The notes under the pieces: generated by a model
What the model saw: only the letters and a program-made list of their open reading frames with translations
The model's database searches: none
What the model was told of the DNA's origin: nothing
Translations under genes and position numbers: made by a program
Assembly (NCBI GenBank): GCA_934500865.1
Contig: CAKSUD010000004.1
Location: forward strand, 191 to 32,190
Direction: 5' to 3'
DNA length: 32,000 nt
Source of the DNA: an uncultured Clostridia bacterium
GTDB lineage: Bacteria; Bacillota; Clostridia; TANB77; RGIG9151
Shown: positions 9,377 through 18,279 of the stretch, piece by piece
How positions within the stretch are numbered: position 1 is the first letter of the stretch
How the letters are laid out: every line of letters starts with the position of its first letter

Positions 9377-9421
9377 AAAAAACGCATTAGCTTTTGAGAT
9401 ACACAAAACTAATGCGTTTTG
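9377..9421 (+). terminator. Rho-independent terminator after trxA
   Basis: 12-bp perfect stem AAAACGCATTAG (9379-9390) / CTAATGCGTTTT (9409-9420) ending in a T-run. Confidence 0.8.
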
Positions 9422-9446
9422 AGGTATTTAAAGGAGAATTAATTAT

Positions 9447-10481
9447 ATGAATATTGTTATTGCAGCCGGAGGAACTGCCGGTCATATAAATCCCGGAATT
9501 TCTATTGCTAATATAATAAAAAAATATTATCCTGATGCAAAAATCACTTTTATAGGTACTGAGTATGGCTTAGAAGGAAAATTGGTTCCAAAAGCCGGAT
9601 ATGATATTAAATTTATCCATTCTAAAGGCTTATCCAAAAATCCAATAAAACTAGCAAAGTCCATATTCGCTAATACCAGAGGAATATGCGAAGCGCATAA
9701 GTTACTAAAGGAATTAAATCCTAAAGTTGTAATTGGAATGGGTGGATATGTTTGTGCACCAGTTTTATTTGTAGCTAAAAAGATGCTTGGAATACCGGTA
9801 TTTATTCATGAAAGCAATTCTATTGCAGGTAAAACAAACAAGTTTATAGGGAAATTTGCTGATGGAATTGCTTTAGGTTTTGAAGGAACTAAGCAAGAGT
9901 TTAAAAGCAAGTTCGTCTTTGTAACAGGTAATCCTGTAAACCAAGATTTTTTCGATGTGAAGAAAACTGATGAGAATGATACAGTGTTAGTCTTTGGTGG
10001 AAGTCAAGGCGCGAAAGCTATAAATGATACGATAATTGACTTGGTTAATAATTATAAGTTTGAATATAAGTTAATTTATGCAACCGGTGAAAAGAATTTT
10101 GAATCTGTTAAAAGTCAAATAAAAGATTTGAGTAAAGTTGAACTACTTCCGTACATAAATAATATGCCATATATGTATTCTAGAGTTTCACTTGTAGTGG
10201 CTAGGGCAGGAGCACTTACGATAAGTGAATTGGAGGCTGCCGGAATGCCCGGAATTTTAATTCCACTTCCGACTGCTGCTGAAAACCATCAAGAGTACAA
10301 TGCAAGGGCTTTTGAAAAAAATGGTGGCGGAGTTATGCTACTTGAAAAAGATTTGAATGCGAAAAAGTTGAATTCTTTAATAGTAAAAATGCTTAAAGAC
10401 AAAAAGAAGACAATTGATATTAAAAGGGAAAATGCTGACGAGAAAATCTTTAGAATGATAAGACCATATTTAGAAAAATGA
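9447..10481 (+). CDS. murG: Undecaprenyl-PP-MurNAc-pentapeptide N-acetylglucosamine transferase
   Basis: N-terminal IVIAAGGTAGHINPG. C-terminal GGSQGA and RAGALTISELEAAGMPGILIP with the NHQEYNA motif. Confidence 0.9.
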   Translation: MNIVIAAGGTAGHINPGISIANIIKKYYPDAKITFIGTEYGLEGKLVPKAGYDIKFIHSKGLSKNPIKLAKSIFANTRGICEAHKLLKELNPKVVIGMGGYVCAPVLFVAKKMLGIPVFIHESNSIAGKTNKFIGKFADGIALGFEGTKQEFKSKFVFVTGNPVNQDFFDVKKTDENDTVLVFGGSQGAKAINDTIIDLVNNYKFEYKLIYATGEKNFESVKSQIKDLSKVELLPYINNMPYMYSRVSLVVARAGALTISELEAAGMPGILIPLPTAAENHQEYNARAFEKNGGGVMLLEKDLNAKKLNSLIVKMLKDKKKTIDIKRENADEKIFRMIRPYLEK

Positions 10482-10548
10482 TATACATATTTTTGGTAAA
10501 TAGTCCGATATAATTGACAGAAAAAATATATAGTTTAGGGGTGGTAAT

Positions 10549-11664
10549 GTGGAAGGAGAATTTAAAATAAATTACAGAAAAATGTTTAAGTTTTTACTTA
10601 CAATAGTTCTAGTCTTAGCTGGTGTAGTCTTGGGATTAGAACTTGCAATATTCTTTTTGCCGTTTGTGATTGCATACATAATTTCTAAGATAATTGAAAA
10701 ACCGGTAGAGGTTTTGACGAAAAAGTTTAAGTTCCCTAGAATAGCAGCGGTAATTATGTGCATATTAGCTTTCATAGGAGCGGTTGGGGCTATTTGCTAT
10801 TGGTTTGTTGCGGCAGTTATAAGAGAAGTAATTGCATTGTCTGCACAGACGAATTATATTTTCCCAACATTATATAATGCGATTTCTACTCAGGTAGGAA
10901 GATTTACTTTCTTTTATCAAAACTTAGATTTGTCTCCGGAATTGATCGCCGGAATACAAAGCACAGTTTTAAGTATTGTTAATACTCTTTTAACTTCATT
11001 GTCTGAGCTAATTAATTCGGCTGGCAATTTTGCTGTTAGTTTTGTTGTTAACTTGCCAAATGCATTGATTTATACGATTATTACATTGCTTTCAACGTTT
11101 TTCATAAGCTCAGATACAAAGTTTATTTCGGATTCATTAGAGAAACACTTGCCATTAAAGTGGTTGGCTAAGGTTGAGGGAATAGTAAACGATTTATTTA
11201 GTGCTTTAGGTGGATACTTAAAGGCACAGGGAATTTTGATTACAATAACTTTTTGTGAGTTGTTTATAGGTCTTAGTATTTTTAGAATAAATTATGCATT
11301 GATTTTAGCAATTGTTATTGCGATTATTGATGCTTTGCCAATACTCGGTACCGGTACAGTCTTAATTCCTTGGGGAGTAATATTACTAATAATGGGAAAT
11401 TATCCACTAGCATTTGGAATTCTAGGTTTGTATTTATTTATAACAATAGTAAGACAATTAATTGAACCAAAAATTGTTGGTACACAAATTGGTATATATC
11501 CGTTACTTACGTTAATAGCTATGTATACCGGTGTTCAGCTAATCGGTGTCTTAGGATTAATTGCAGGTCCAATCGTACTAATTATTTTGAAGAATGTTTT
11601 GGGTGGAATTTACAACAAGGGAATTTTGAAAGAAATATTTGATGGAAGAGTACAATCTAATTAA
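10549..11664 (+). CDS. AI-2E family (PerM/YtvI-like) integral membrane protein
   Basis: About 8 hydrophobic segments. Conserved C-terminal block IDALPILGTGTVLIPW ... RQLIEPKIVG typical of the family. GTG start 4 nt after AGGGGTGG. Confidence 0.7.
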   Translation: MEGEFKINYRKMFKFLLTIVLVLAGVVLGLELAIFFLPFVIAYIISKIIEKPVEVLTKKFKFPRIAAVIMCILAFIGAVGAICYWFVAAVIREVIALSAQTNYIFPTLYNAISTQVGRFTFFYQNLDLSPELIAGIQSTVLSIVNTLLTSLSELINSAGNFAVSFVVNLPNALIYTIITLLSTFFISSDTKFISDSLEKHLPLKWLAKVEGIVNDLFSALGGYLKAQGILITITFCELFIGLSIFRINYALILAIVIAIIDALPILGTGTVLIPWGVILLIMGNYPLAFGILGLYLFITIVRQLIEPKIVGTQIGIYPLLTLIAMYTGVQLIGVLGLIAGPIVLIILKNVLGGIYNKGILKEIFDGRVQSN

Positions 11665-11668
11665 ATGA

Positions 11669-11710
11669 CAAAAACACAAGTGATTTGTTTATAAATTACT
11701 TGTGTTTTTT
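11669..11710 (+). terminator. Rho-independent terminator after the permease gene
   Basis: AAAACACAAGT (11671-11681) / ACTTGTGTTTT (11698-11708) followed by more T. Confidence 0.75.
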
Positions 11711-11737
11711 AGTCCCTAAGAGAGTTTGGAAAAAGAG

Positions 11738-11766
11738 TTGCATTTTACATAATTATGTGATATATT
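11738..11766 (+). promoter_or_regulatory. Sigma-A-type promoter of the orphan gene
   Basis: TTGCAT (11738-11743), 17-nt spacer, TG-extended -10 TGATATATT (11758-11766). GGAGGA SD at 11819-11824. Confidence 0.5.
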
Positions 11767-11830
11767 GGTCAAGTATGAATATAAACTTATATCCACTTAA
11801 TGTGGAGGATGTATTTTTGGAGGACATATT

Positions 11831-12484
11831 ATGTGTAACCAGAAAAAGCTCGAACACTTTTACCTCGTTGGCGAAAAAGAAAGGGACGTTGTTAAGGAAT
11901 GGCTGTTAGTGCAAAAAGCTAAAAATGACATGGAAGCAGCTTTTGTGGACGGCATTAGTAAGACATTGGTGGAAATCGATTATGACTATATGATTTCAGG
12001 GCTTGAACCTACCGTTGAAAGTGATGGAGAAATTCATTACAAACCGGGCGGAAAAGTTTGCAATTGGTTGGCAGGTCATTGGTGGATTGACTTGGCAAAG
12101 GATTTTGCTCCGGAGTATGATTCTAGACTGGCAACGCTTAGCGAATTGTGGCTTTGGTATGCATATAGAGTTGCAATGGGTTGGTGGAGCCTCGAGTATA
12201 TCTGCAATGTAAGCAGATACTATTGCAAACCGCAAACTTTTGTCGACCGTTATTCAGCCTATGAAGCTAAGTCAGGCATGGTTTCAATTGGCGGTGCAAG
12301 AGATGGTACCAATAACACTTACAAAATTACTTGGCATAACGGTAAATTTGCTTTGGTTGGCGGTTGGAGAAATCCGGTTGCCTTTTATGAACTTGTTCCT
12401 AATGCTGAATACCATGGACATTCACTTTGCAGTGGCGAAGGTGGAACCGGTGTGGTGACTTTGCACAAAATACCCAAGTTCTAA
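11831..12484 (+). CDS. Hypothetical Trp-rich soluble protein (217 aa), no family recognised; compositionally foreign
   Basis: Uninterrupted ORF with a good SD and its own promoter and terminator. Hand-counted GC is 26/60 (12001-12060) and 28/60 (12061-12120), against 15/60 (11581-11640) and 16/60 (12601-12660) in the flanks. Confidence 0.65.
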   Translation: MCNQKKLEHFYLVGEKERDVVKEWLLVQKAKNDMEAAFVDGISKTLVEIDYDYMISGLEPTVESDGEIHYKPGGKVCNWLAGHWWIDLAKDFAPEYDSRLATLSELWLWYAYRVAMGWWSLEYICNVSRYYCKPQTFVDRYSAYEAKSGMVSIGGARDGTNNTYKITWHNGKFALVGGWRNPVAFYELVPNAEYHGHSLCSGEGGTGVVTLHKIPKF

Positions 12485-12530
12485 TTAAGTATAACCATTA
12501 AAATGTAGTGATTATGCCATAATATTAAAA

Positions 12531-12565
12531 ATAAGAGCAATCCGTAAGGAAGGCTCTTATTTTTC
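12531..12565 (+). terminator. Rho-independent terminator of the orphan gene
   Basis: ATAAGAGC (12531-12538) / GCTCTTAT (12553-12560) followed by TTTTC. Confidence 0.65.
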
Positions 12566-12614
12566 TTTACACTAACTCGAAAATTTTATATAATACATTC
12601 TAAGGAGATACGAT

Positions 12615-14669
12615 ATGAAATTATCATTAAACGATTCAATAAGATATATAAAAGGCGTTGGACCTTCTCGTGAAAAACTTTTTAATAATTTGAATATATA
12701 TACAATAAAGGATTTACTGTTTCATTTTCCTAGGGATTATGAGGATAGAACTGAAAAAAAGAAGATTTTTGAACTGATGGATGGGGAAAAAACTTCTTTT
12801 TGTGCTACTATAAGCGGAAAAGTCACTGTAGCTCGTCCGAGAGGAAATATGGTTATGATAAAGGCTAATGCAGTAGATGAAACCGGTTCGGTAAGTCTTG
12901 TTTGGTTTAATGCGACATATGTTAAAAATATTCTTAAAACCGGTGCCACATATACTTTTTATGGTCAAATTAAACGGACTGCTAATAGAATTGAAGTTGT
13001 TAATCCGATTTTTGACGATAAGGGTAACAAGAATACAGGTAAAATACTAGGAATATATCCTTCAACTAATGGTCTTTCTCAAACAGCTATTAGAACTGCA
13101 ATAGAAAATATAATAGATGAGGGGAATGGAAAGACAGAGGAATATATGCCGGAGAGTATAAGGCTTAATAACGATTTAGAAGAGATAAATAGTGCACTTT
13201 ATTCAATTCATTTTCCAACCGGTAAAGAGGACTATATAAAGGCAAGGCGTAGGCTTGTGTTTGATGAACTTTTACTGCTTGAATTAGGACTTATGCAATT
13301 AAAAAATAGTAATAATTCAAGTAAAAAAGGCATTAAGTTTAATATATGTGATGAAGTAACAGAATTTATAGATAATCTAAGCTTTAAGCTTACAAATGCT
13401 CAAAGCCGAGTAATAAAGGACATCTTTTCTGATATGAATAGTGATAAAGCCATGAATAGATTACTTCAAGGAGATGTTGGAAGCGGAAAAACAATTGTTG
13501 CGGCGATATCTATATTTAATGCTGTAAAAAATGGATATCAGGCTGTTATGATGGCGCCTACCGGAATTCTTGCTGAACAGCATTTTAATGAGTTTACAAG
13601 ACTTTTTGGAAAATACGGTATAAGTGTGGAATTATTGTCCGGTTCGCTTACGGCAAAACAAAAAAAGATAGTAAAAGAGAAAATTGAGAATGGAGAAGTG
13701 GACATTGTTGTTGGAACACATGCACTTTTGGAAGATGATGTTGTGTTTAACAAGCTTGGGTTAATTGTTACTGATGAACAGCATAGATTTGGAGTAAATC
13801 AGCGGAGCAAACTTACGCAAAAAGGGCAGAATCCTGATGTGCTAATTATGACTGCCACACCAATTCCACGAACACTTGCATTAATTCTTTATGGGGACTT
13901 AGACATTTCAGTAATAGACGAGTTGCCACCTAATAGAAAGGTTATCGAAACATTTTTGATAGGAGAAACTCTCGAAGAAAGACTTAATGGTTTTATAAAG
14001 AAGGAAATAGATGAGGGTAGGCAGGCTTATGTCGTATGTCCACTAATTGAGGAACAAGAAGAAAGTTTAGATGATGAAGAAGAAGTAAAATTAAAGAATG
14101 TTGCTGAGGTTTATGAATGCTATAAAAAGATTTTTCCAAACTACAACATTGAAATTTTGCATGGAAAAATGCGCCCAAAAGACAAAGATGAGATTATGCT
14201 TAGGTTTAAAAACGGAGAAGTGGATATACTTATCTCTACTACTGTTATAGAGGTGGGGGTAAATGTTCCTAATGCAACACTTATGATTATAGAGAATGCT
14301 GAGAGGTTTGGACTTGCAGCGTTACATCAGCTAAGAGGAAGAGTGGGCAGAGGTAGTGAAAAATCGTATTGTATATTAAAATGTTATAAGCTTTCTAAAA
14401 ATACTAAAGAACGTATGGAGATAATGACCAAAACAAATGATGGATTTAAAATTGCTGAAAAGGATTTGGAACTTAGAGGCCCGGGTGAGTTTTTCGGAGT
14501 AAGGCAGCATGGAATACCGGAATTCAAAATTGCAAATATCTTCGCTGATAAAATGATTTTAGAGGAATCAAACAGGGTGGCTAAGGAAATTATTAAAGAG
14601 GCAAGTAAACCTGAGTTTGAACCACTTTTTGAAAAGGTGGAAGAAAAGTTTAGTGGAATTGTGTTATAA
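12615..14669 (+). CDS. recG: ATP-dependent DNA helicase RecG
   Basis: N-terminal wedge/OB region. Helicase motifs GDVGSGKT, DEQHRFGV, MTATPIPRT and LHQLRGRVGRG. TRG-like C-terminus GPGEFFGVRQHG. Confidence 0.95.
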   Translation: MKLSLNDSIRYIKGVGPSREKLFNNLNIYTIKDLLFHFPRDYEDRTEKKKIFELMDGEKTSFCATISGKVTVARPRGNMVMIKANAVDETGSVSLVWFNATYVKNILKTGATYTFYGQIKRTANRIEVVNPIFDDKGNKNTGKILGIYPSTNGLSQTAIRTAIENIIDEGNGKTEEYMPESIRLNNDLEEINSALYSIHFPTGKEDYIKARRRLVFDELLLLELGLMQLKNSNNSSKKGIKFNICDEVTEFIDNLSFKLTNAQSRVIKDIFSDMNSDKAMNRLLQGDVGSGKTIVAAISIFNAVKNGYQAVMMAPTGILAEQHFNEFTRLFGKYGISVELLSGSLTAKQKKIVKEKIENGEVDIVVGTHALLEDDVVFNKLGLIVTDEQHRFGVNQRSKLTQKGQNPDVLIMTATPIPRTLALILYGDLDISVIDELPPNRKVIETFLIGETLEERLNGFIKKEIDEGRQAYVVCPLIEEQEESLDDEEEVKLKNVAEVYECYKKIFPNYNIEILHGKMRPKDKDEIMLRFKNGEVDILISTTVIEVGVNVPNATLMIIENAERFGLAALHQLRGRVGRGSEKSYCILKCYKLSKNTKERMEIMTKTNDGFKIAEKDLELRGPGEFFGVRQHGIPEFKIANIFADKMILEESNRVAKEIIKEASKPEFEPLFEKVEEKFSGIVL

Positions 14670-14721
14670 AAACTATAAAAAAATGCAAAAAATAAACCGA
14701 TATTTAAACGAATGAGTATTT

Positions 14722-14750
14722 TTGACATAAGATAAAAGTATAAATATATA
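14722..14750 (+). promoter_or_regulatory. Sigma-A-type promoter upstream of glgA
   Basis: TTGACA (14722-14727), 17-nt spacer, TATATA (14745-14750). Confidence 0.45.
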
Positions 14751-14768
14751 AAAAAGGATTTGATAAAA

Positions 14769-16226
14769 ATGGAACAACTCAAAATTTTGATGGTTTCAGC
14801 GGAAGTAGAACCTTTCGCAAAAACAGGAGGACTTGCAGATGTTGCGGGTGCTTTACCTATGGCTCTAAAGGCTATGGGACATGATGTTAGAATTATTATG
14901 CCGAGATACCAATGTATCTCTACAAAAATGAGTTATCTTACTGATTTTCCTGTTGAAATGTTAGGAAAACAGGAAACAGCAATTGTACGAGAAGGTTCTT
15001 TGAATTTTGAAGAAGATTCGGAGCATTATTCCATACCGGTGTATTTTGTAGACAGCTATCATTATTTCGATAGACCGGGAATATATTGCTATGGAGATGA
15101 TGCAGATAGATTTTGCTTTTTCGATAAAGCAGTGTTAAAAATGCTGCCAAAGATAGGATTTAAGCCTGATATAATTCATTGCAATGACTGGCAAACAGGT
15201 CCCATACCGCTTTATTTAAAAGAAAAGTATGCAGATGATGTGTTTTATAATCAGATAGGATCTCTATTTACAATTCACAATCTCCAATACCAAGGAAATT
15301 TTGGCAAGGGTGTACTTCCGGTTATGGGGCTTGATGATAGTTTTTACACATCAGATAAACTTGAATTCTATGGTGAAGTTAATTTTATGAAAGCCGGAAT
15401 TTTATATGCTGACCTTATAAACACAGTAAGTGAAACATATGTAAAGGAAATAAAAACTGCTGAATATGGAGAAAGGTTGAATGGACTTTTAAAGAGTAAG
15501 GAAGAGGATTTATACGGAATTGTAAACGGAATAGATACAAGGCATTATGATCCGGAAACTGACACAAGGATATATAAGAATTTTGATTCTACAACGCTTC
15601 ATAATAAGGCTATAAATAAAAGAGAGTTACAAGACGAACTTGGACTTCAAAAAACTAATGCACCATTAATTGGTATGGTTACGAGAATTTGCGACCAAAA
15701 AGGTTTTGAACTAATAGAACAGATTTTACCGGATTTAATTAATCTTGATGTTCAGTTTGTTGTGCTAGGTCTTGGTGATCTACATTATGAAGATTTATTT
15801 AGAGAATATGCAAAAAAATATCCGAATAAGTTTTCAGCAAATATTGAATTTAACGATACATTGGCACATAAAATTTATGCTGGGTCGGATATGTTCTTGA
15901 TGCCTTCTAAATTTGAACCTTGCGGACTGGGTCAATTAATTGCTTTTAGATATGGAAGTGTGCCGGTTGTAAGACAAACCGGTGGACTTAATGACACAGT
16001 CAAAGATTTTAAAATAGAAGAAGAAGAAGGAAATGGATTTTCATTTAAAGAATATAGTGCTAGAATGCTTATGAAAACTTTAGTTAGAGCTATTTCTGTT
16101 TATAAAAATATGCCTGATGTTTGGGAGAAAATAGTAGTTTCAGGAATGGAAGGAGATTTCTCTTGGCGTAAAGTATCAGATAAGTATATAAGTTTGTATA
16201 AAAAGATAATAGATAAGATTTTTTAG
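14769..16226 (+). CDS. glgA: Glycogen (starch) synthase
   Basis: KILMVSAEVEPFAKTGGLADV N-terminal signature. C-terminal SDMFLMPSKFEPCGLGQL. The ATG at 14769 lies 10 nt after AAAAGGA; the TTG at 14760 in the track overlaps the SD. Confidence 0.9.
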   Translation: MEQLKILMVSAEVEPFAKTGGLADVAGALPMALKAMGHDVRIIMPRYQCISTKMSYLTDFPVEMLGKQETAIVREGSLNFEEDSEHYSIPVYFVDSYHYFDRPGIYCYGDDADRFCFFDKAVLKMLPKIGFKPDIIHCNDWQTGPIPLYLKEKYADDVFYNQIGSLFTIHNLQYQGNFGKGVLPVMGLDDSFYTSDKLEFYGEVNFMKAGILYADLINTVSETYVKEIKTAEYGERLNGLLKSKEEDLYGIVNGIDTRHYDPETDTRIYKNFDSTTLHNKAINKRELQDELGLQKTNAPLIGMVTRICDQKGFELIEQILPDLINLDVQFVVLGLGDLHYEDLFREYAKKYPNKFSANIEFNDTLAHKIYAGSDMFLMPSKFEPCGLGQLIAFRYGSVPVVRQTGGLNDTVKDFKIEEEEGNGFSFKEYSARMLMKTLVRAISVYKNMPDVWEKIVVSGMEGDFSWRKVSDKYISLYKKIIDKIF

Positions 16227-16240
16227 TCGATATTTTCCAA

Positions 16241-16269
16241 TTGAAAAACTACTAAAAATATGATAAAAT
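16241..16269 (+). promoter_or_regulatory. Sigma-A-type promoter of the structured RNA
   Basis: TTGAAA (16241-16246), 17-nt spacer, TG-extended -10 TGATAAAAT (16261-16269). Confidence 0.45.
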
Positions 16270-16275
16270 AATAGT

Positions 16276-16480
16276 ATAGAAAGAGAAAATTCCTGCGATG
16301 TACGAGGATAAGGATTATTTCAAACCAACACATTTTATATGGGATTCTGAAACTTTATGTATCGATTGTAGGCCCTCGCAATTTTGCGGAACGGGAAACG
16401 TGAGATACATAGGAGGAGACCCACCTGCACATGCAGGTTCCGAAATATCCTTGATAAACGGCATAGGCGGGAATTTTTTT
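16276..16480 (+). ncRNA. Rod-shaped structured small RNA of about 200 nt; 6S RNA (ssrS)-like candidate
   Basis: Nested long-range helices. P1 is 16288-16296/16467-16475 (9 bp including a U-G wobble that only works on the + strand). P2 is 16310-16321/16442-16452 (11 bp, one bulge). P3 is 16356-16363/16404-16411 (8 bp). The apical hairpin is CGCA-AUUU-UGCG (16377-16388). A large internal bubble has its own 3'-side hairpin CCTGCA/TGCAGG (16424-16437). P1 runs into T7 (16474-16480). The region is locally GC-richer than the flanks and has no credible ORF. Confidence 0.45.
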
Positions 16481-16520
16481 GTGTGACCATTAGGGACGGT
16501 TCTTTTTGGTCAAGATAAAA

Positions 16521-16568
16521 AATAGCCACAATTCGCTAAGTAAGTGAGTTGGGGCTATTCGTATTTTC
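16521..16568 (+). terminator. Second hairpin plus T-tract downstream of the RNA (possible back-up terminator or 3' extension)
   Basis: AATAGCCACAA (16521-16531) / TTGGGGCTATT (16549-16559) with one mismatch, followed by CGTATTTT. Confidence 0.4.
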
Positions 16569-16722
16569 AGACCTGTCCCAAATGGTCAATGCGGTTAACC
16601 AAATGAATAGAGATGAAAAATTAATTTTAAATCTTGCTACAAATTAATATTTTTGTGTATACATCACATAAAATAATGTGATAAAATGTTTATGCAAAAA
16701 TAATTATTTGTGGAGGTGGAAG

Positions 16723-17055
16723 ATGGAGTATTTAGAATTGATTTTTTTGTTTATAGTGGCACATGTGTTTGGTGATTATGTTTTCCAAGGTGAGTATATT
16801 GCAACTACAAAATCAAAGAACTATTACCATTTATTTGTGCATTGTATAATATACACATTTTGTTTTTGGTGTGTATTTTTTTATTTGAATAAAATAAGCT
16901 TTGCATTACTTATGCTAATCTTTGCGTCTCATTTTATTATAGACCTAGCCAAGGGAATATTAAACACAAAAAAACCAAGCAATTCAAAACTATATTATGC
17001 CATTGACCAATTGTTGCATTATGCAGTAATTTTGCTAATAATATTTGTTGTTTAG
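16723..17055 (+). CDS. Small polytopic membrane protein, DUF3307-like
   Basis: AHVFGDYVFQ (HxxxDxxxQ) near the N-terminus and a second SHFIIDLAKG motif. 3-4 hydrophobic helices. The ATG at 16723 follows GGAGGTGGAAG; the GTG at 16678 in the track has no SD. Confidence 0.55.
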   Translation: MEYLELIFLFIVAHVFGDYVFQGEYIATTKSKNYYHLFVHCIIYTFCFWCVFFYLNKISFALLMLIFASHFIIDLAKGILNTKKPSNSKLYYAIDQLLHYAVILLIIFVV

Positions 17056-17099
17056 TGAGCTAGTGATCAAAGTGTAACGTATATATGAAAGGTGAGAAT

Positions 17100-18266
17100 A
17101 TGGAATTTAACGATTTAATAAATAATGTTTCTGTACAGAAATTTTTTGGAATAGCGGATATTTCAAAAATTCCTAATGAAACAATGGAACTAATTAGACT
17201 GCTTGAATATTGTAAGTTTAATAAAGACGAGAACATAGTTACATATGGTGCTGAAGCTGAAGACGGAATGTATATAATTATAAGCGGAAGTGCAACTGTG
17301 CTAAGTAGCAGTAATAAAATAATTGGGAAGATGAAAAGCGGTGGGTTTGTCGGTGAAATGGCTCTTATTTCCGGTAAAAAGCGCTCAGCTACAGTAAGAG
17401 CGGATGAACCACTTCAAGCCGTAAGGATTTCCAGAGCTTTATTTAATGATGTTTTAAAAAAGAATCCGGATTGTTATGCGGTTTTTATGGAGACATTGTA
17501 TGCAAACTTGACTAATGTTATTTCTGAACAGCAGAGATTAAAGGCTGAGCTTGATATTGCTAAAAAAATTCAAGAAAGTTCATTACCTAAGAAATTTGAC
17601 AATTTAGGGATAGAGATATGTGCAACTATGACTCCTACAAAAGAGGTTGGTGGCGATTTTTACGATATATTTAGAGTGGATGATAAACATATTTGTATGC
17701 TTATAGCTGATGTATCCGGTAAGGGAATATCTGCCGCGTTATTTATGCTTATGGCAAAAACGGTAATTAAAAATTATGCCAAGCTAAATATTCCGGTAAA
17801 TGAGGTGTTTGAACATGCAAATAATGAATTGTGTGAAAACAATGATGCCAATATGTTTGTTACATCTTTTATGGGGATTTTAAATACCGAGACCGGAGAA
17901 TTTAGATATGTAAACGCAGGTCATAATTTACCAATTATTTTGAAAGAAGGAAGCAGTGCTGAGTTCATTCAAGCAAAGCCCGGATTCGTTCTTGCAGGTA
18001 TGGAAAACATTAAATACAAGGAAAATACAATGCAACTTGGCAAAGGTGACGCGATATTTATGTACACAGATGGGGTCACAGAGGCACAAGATAAAAATGA
18101 TGAGCTGTTTTCTGATGAAAGGTTACTAGGATTATTTGGAACTAAAGCCTATAATAAAATGGCGGTCAGAGATATTTTGGCAGATGTGCACGCTGAAATT
18201 GACAAACATAGTTTTGGCATAGAACAGTCAGACGATATTACAATGCTTATGTTTAGAAGGAGCTAA
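17100..18266 (+). CDS. Cyclic-nucleotide-binding domain fused to a PP2C (SpoIIE/RsbU-type) serine phosphatase
   Basis: CAP-type cNMP-binding signature GGFVGEMALISGKKRSATVRA. PP2C/SpoIIE motifs VGGDFYD, IADVSGKGISAALFM, MYTDGVTEA and QSDDITMLM. The ATG at 17100 follows AAAGGTGAG. Confidence 0.85.
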   Translation: MEFNDLINNVSVQKFFGIADISKIPNETMELIRLLEYCKFNKDENIVTYGAEAEDGMYIIISGSATVLSSSNKIIGKMKSGGFVGEMALISGKKRSATVRADEPLQAVRISRALFNDVLKKNPDCYAVFMETLYANLTNVISEQQRLKAELDIAKKIQESSLPKKFDNLGIEICATMTPTKEVGGDFYDIFRVDDKHICMLIADVSGKGISAALFMLMAKTVIKNYAKLNIPVNEVFEHANNELCENNDANMFVTSFMGILNTETGEFRYVNAGHNLPIILKEGSSAEFIQAKPGFVLAGMENIKYKENTMQLGKGDAIFMYTDGVTEAQDKNDELFSDERLLGLFGTKAYNKMAVRDILADVHAEIDKHSFGIEQSDDITMLMFRRS

Positions 18267-18279
18267 AGGAGGCAAAAAT

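Noticed and set aside
11685-11909. 74-aa ORF spanning the permease terminator and the orphan-gene promoter.
   Set aside because: It covers a terminator hairpin, a promoter and the SD of the next gene. It has no SD of its own and its sequence is low-complexity. It is an artefact.
11996-12458. Three alternative-frame or antisense ORFs inside the orphan gene (11996-12235 -, 12003-12212 +, 12240-12458 +).
   Set aside because: They are a consequence of the locally higher GC, which gives fewer stop codons. Only the 11831-12484 frame is continuous and has an SD, promoter and terminator.
16288-16480. Possible TPP or cobalamin riboswitch. GUGAGA, GACCCACCUGC and GGCAUAGGCGGGAA loosely recall the CUGAGA / ACCUGA / GCGUAGGGAA of the TPP element. 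GGGAAACGUGAGA ... GGAGACC recalls B12 elements.
   Set aside because: The spacing and order of the motifs do not fit either compact core. The downstream gene is unrelated to thiamine or cobalamin. The helix that closes the whole RNA is itself followed by a U-tract, so this looks like a stand-alone RNA rather than a leader.
16298-16529. Two overlapping small ORFs (16298-16486 +, 62 aa; 16335-16529 -, 64 aa) in the glgA-DUF3307 intergenic region.
   Set aside because: Neither has a Shine-Dalgarno sequence. They lie on opposite strands of the same GC-richer, highly base-paired segment. The open frames are better explained by the structured RNA.
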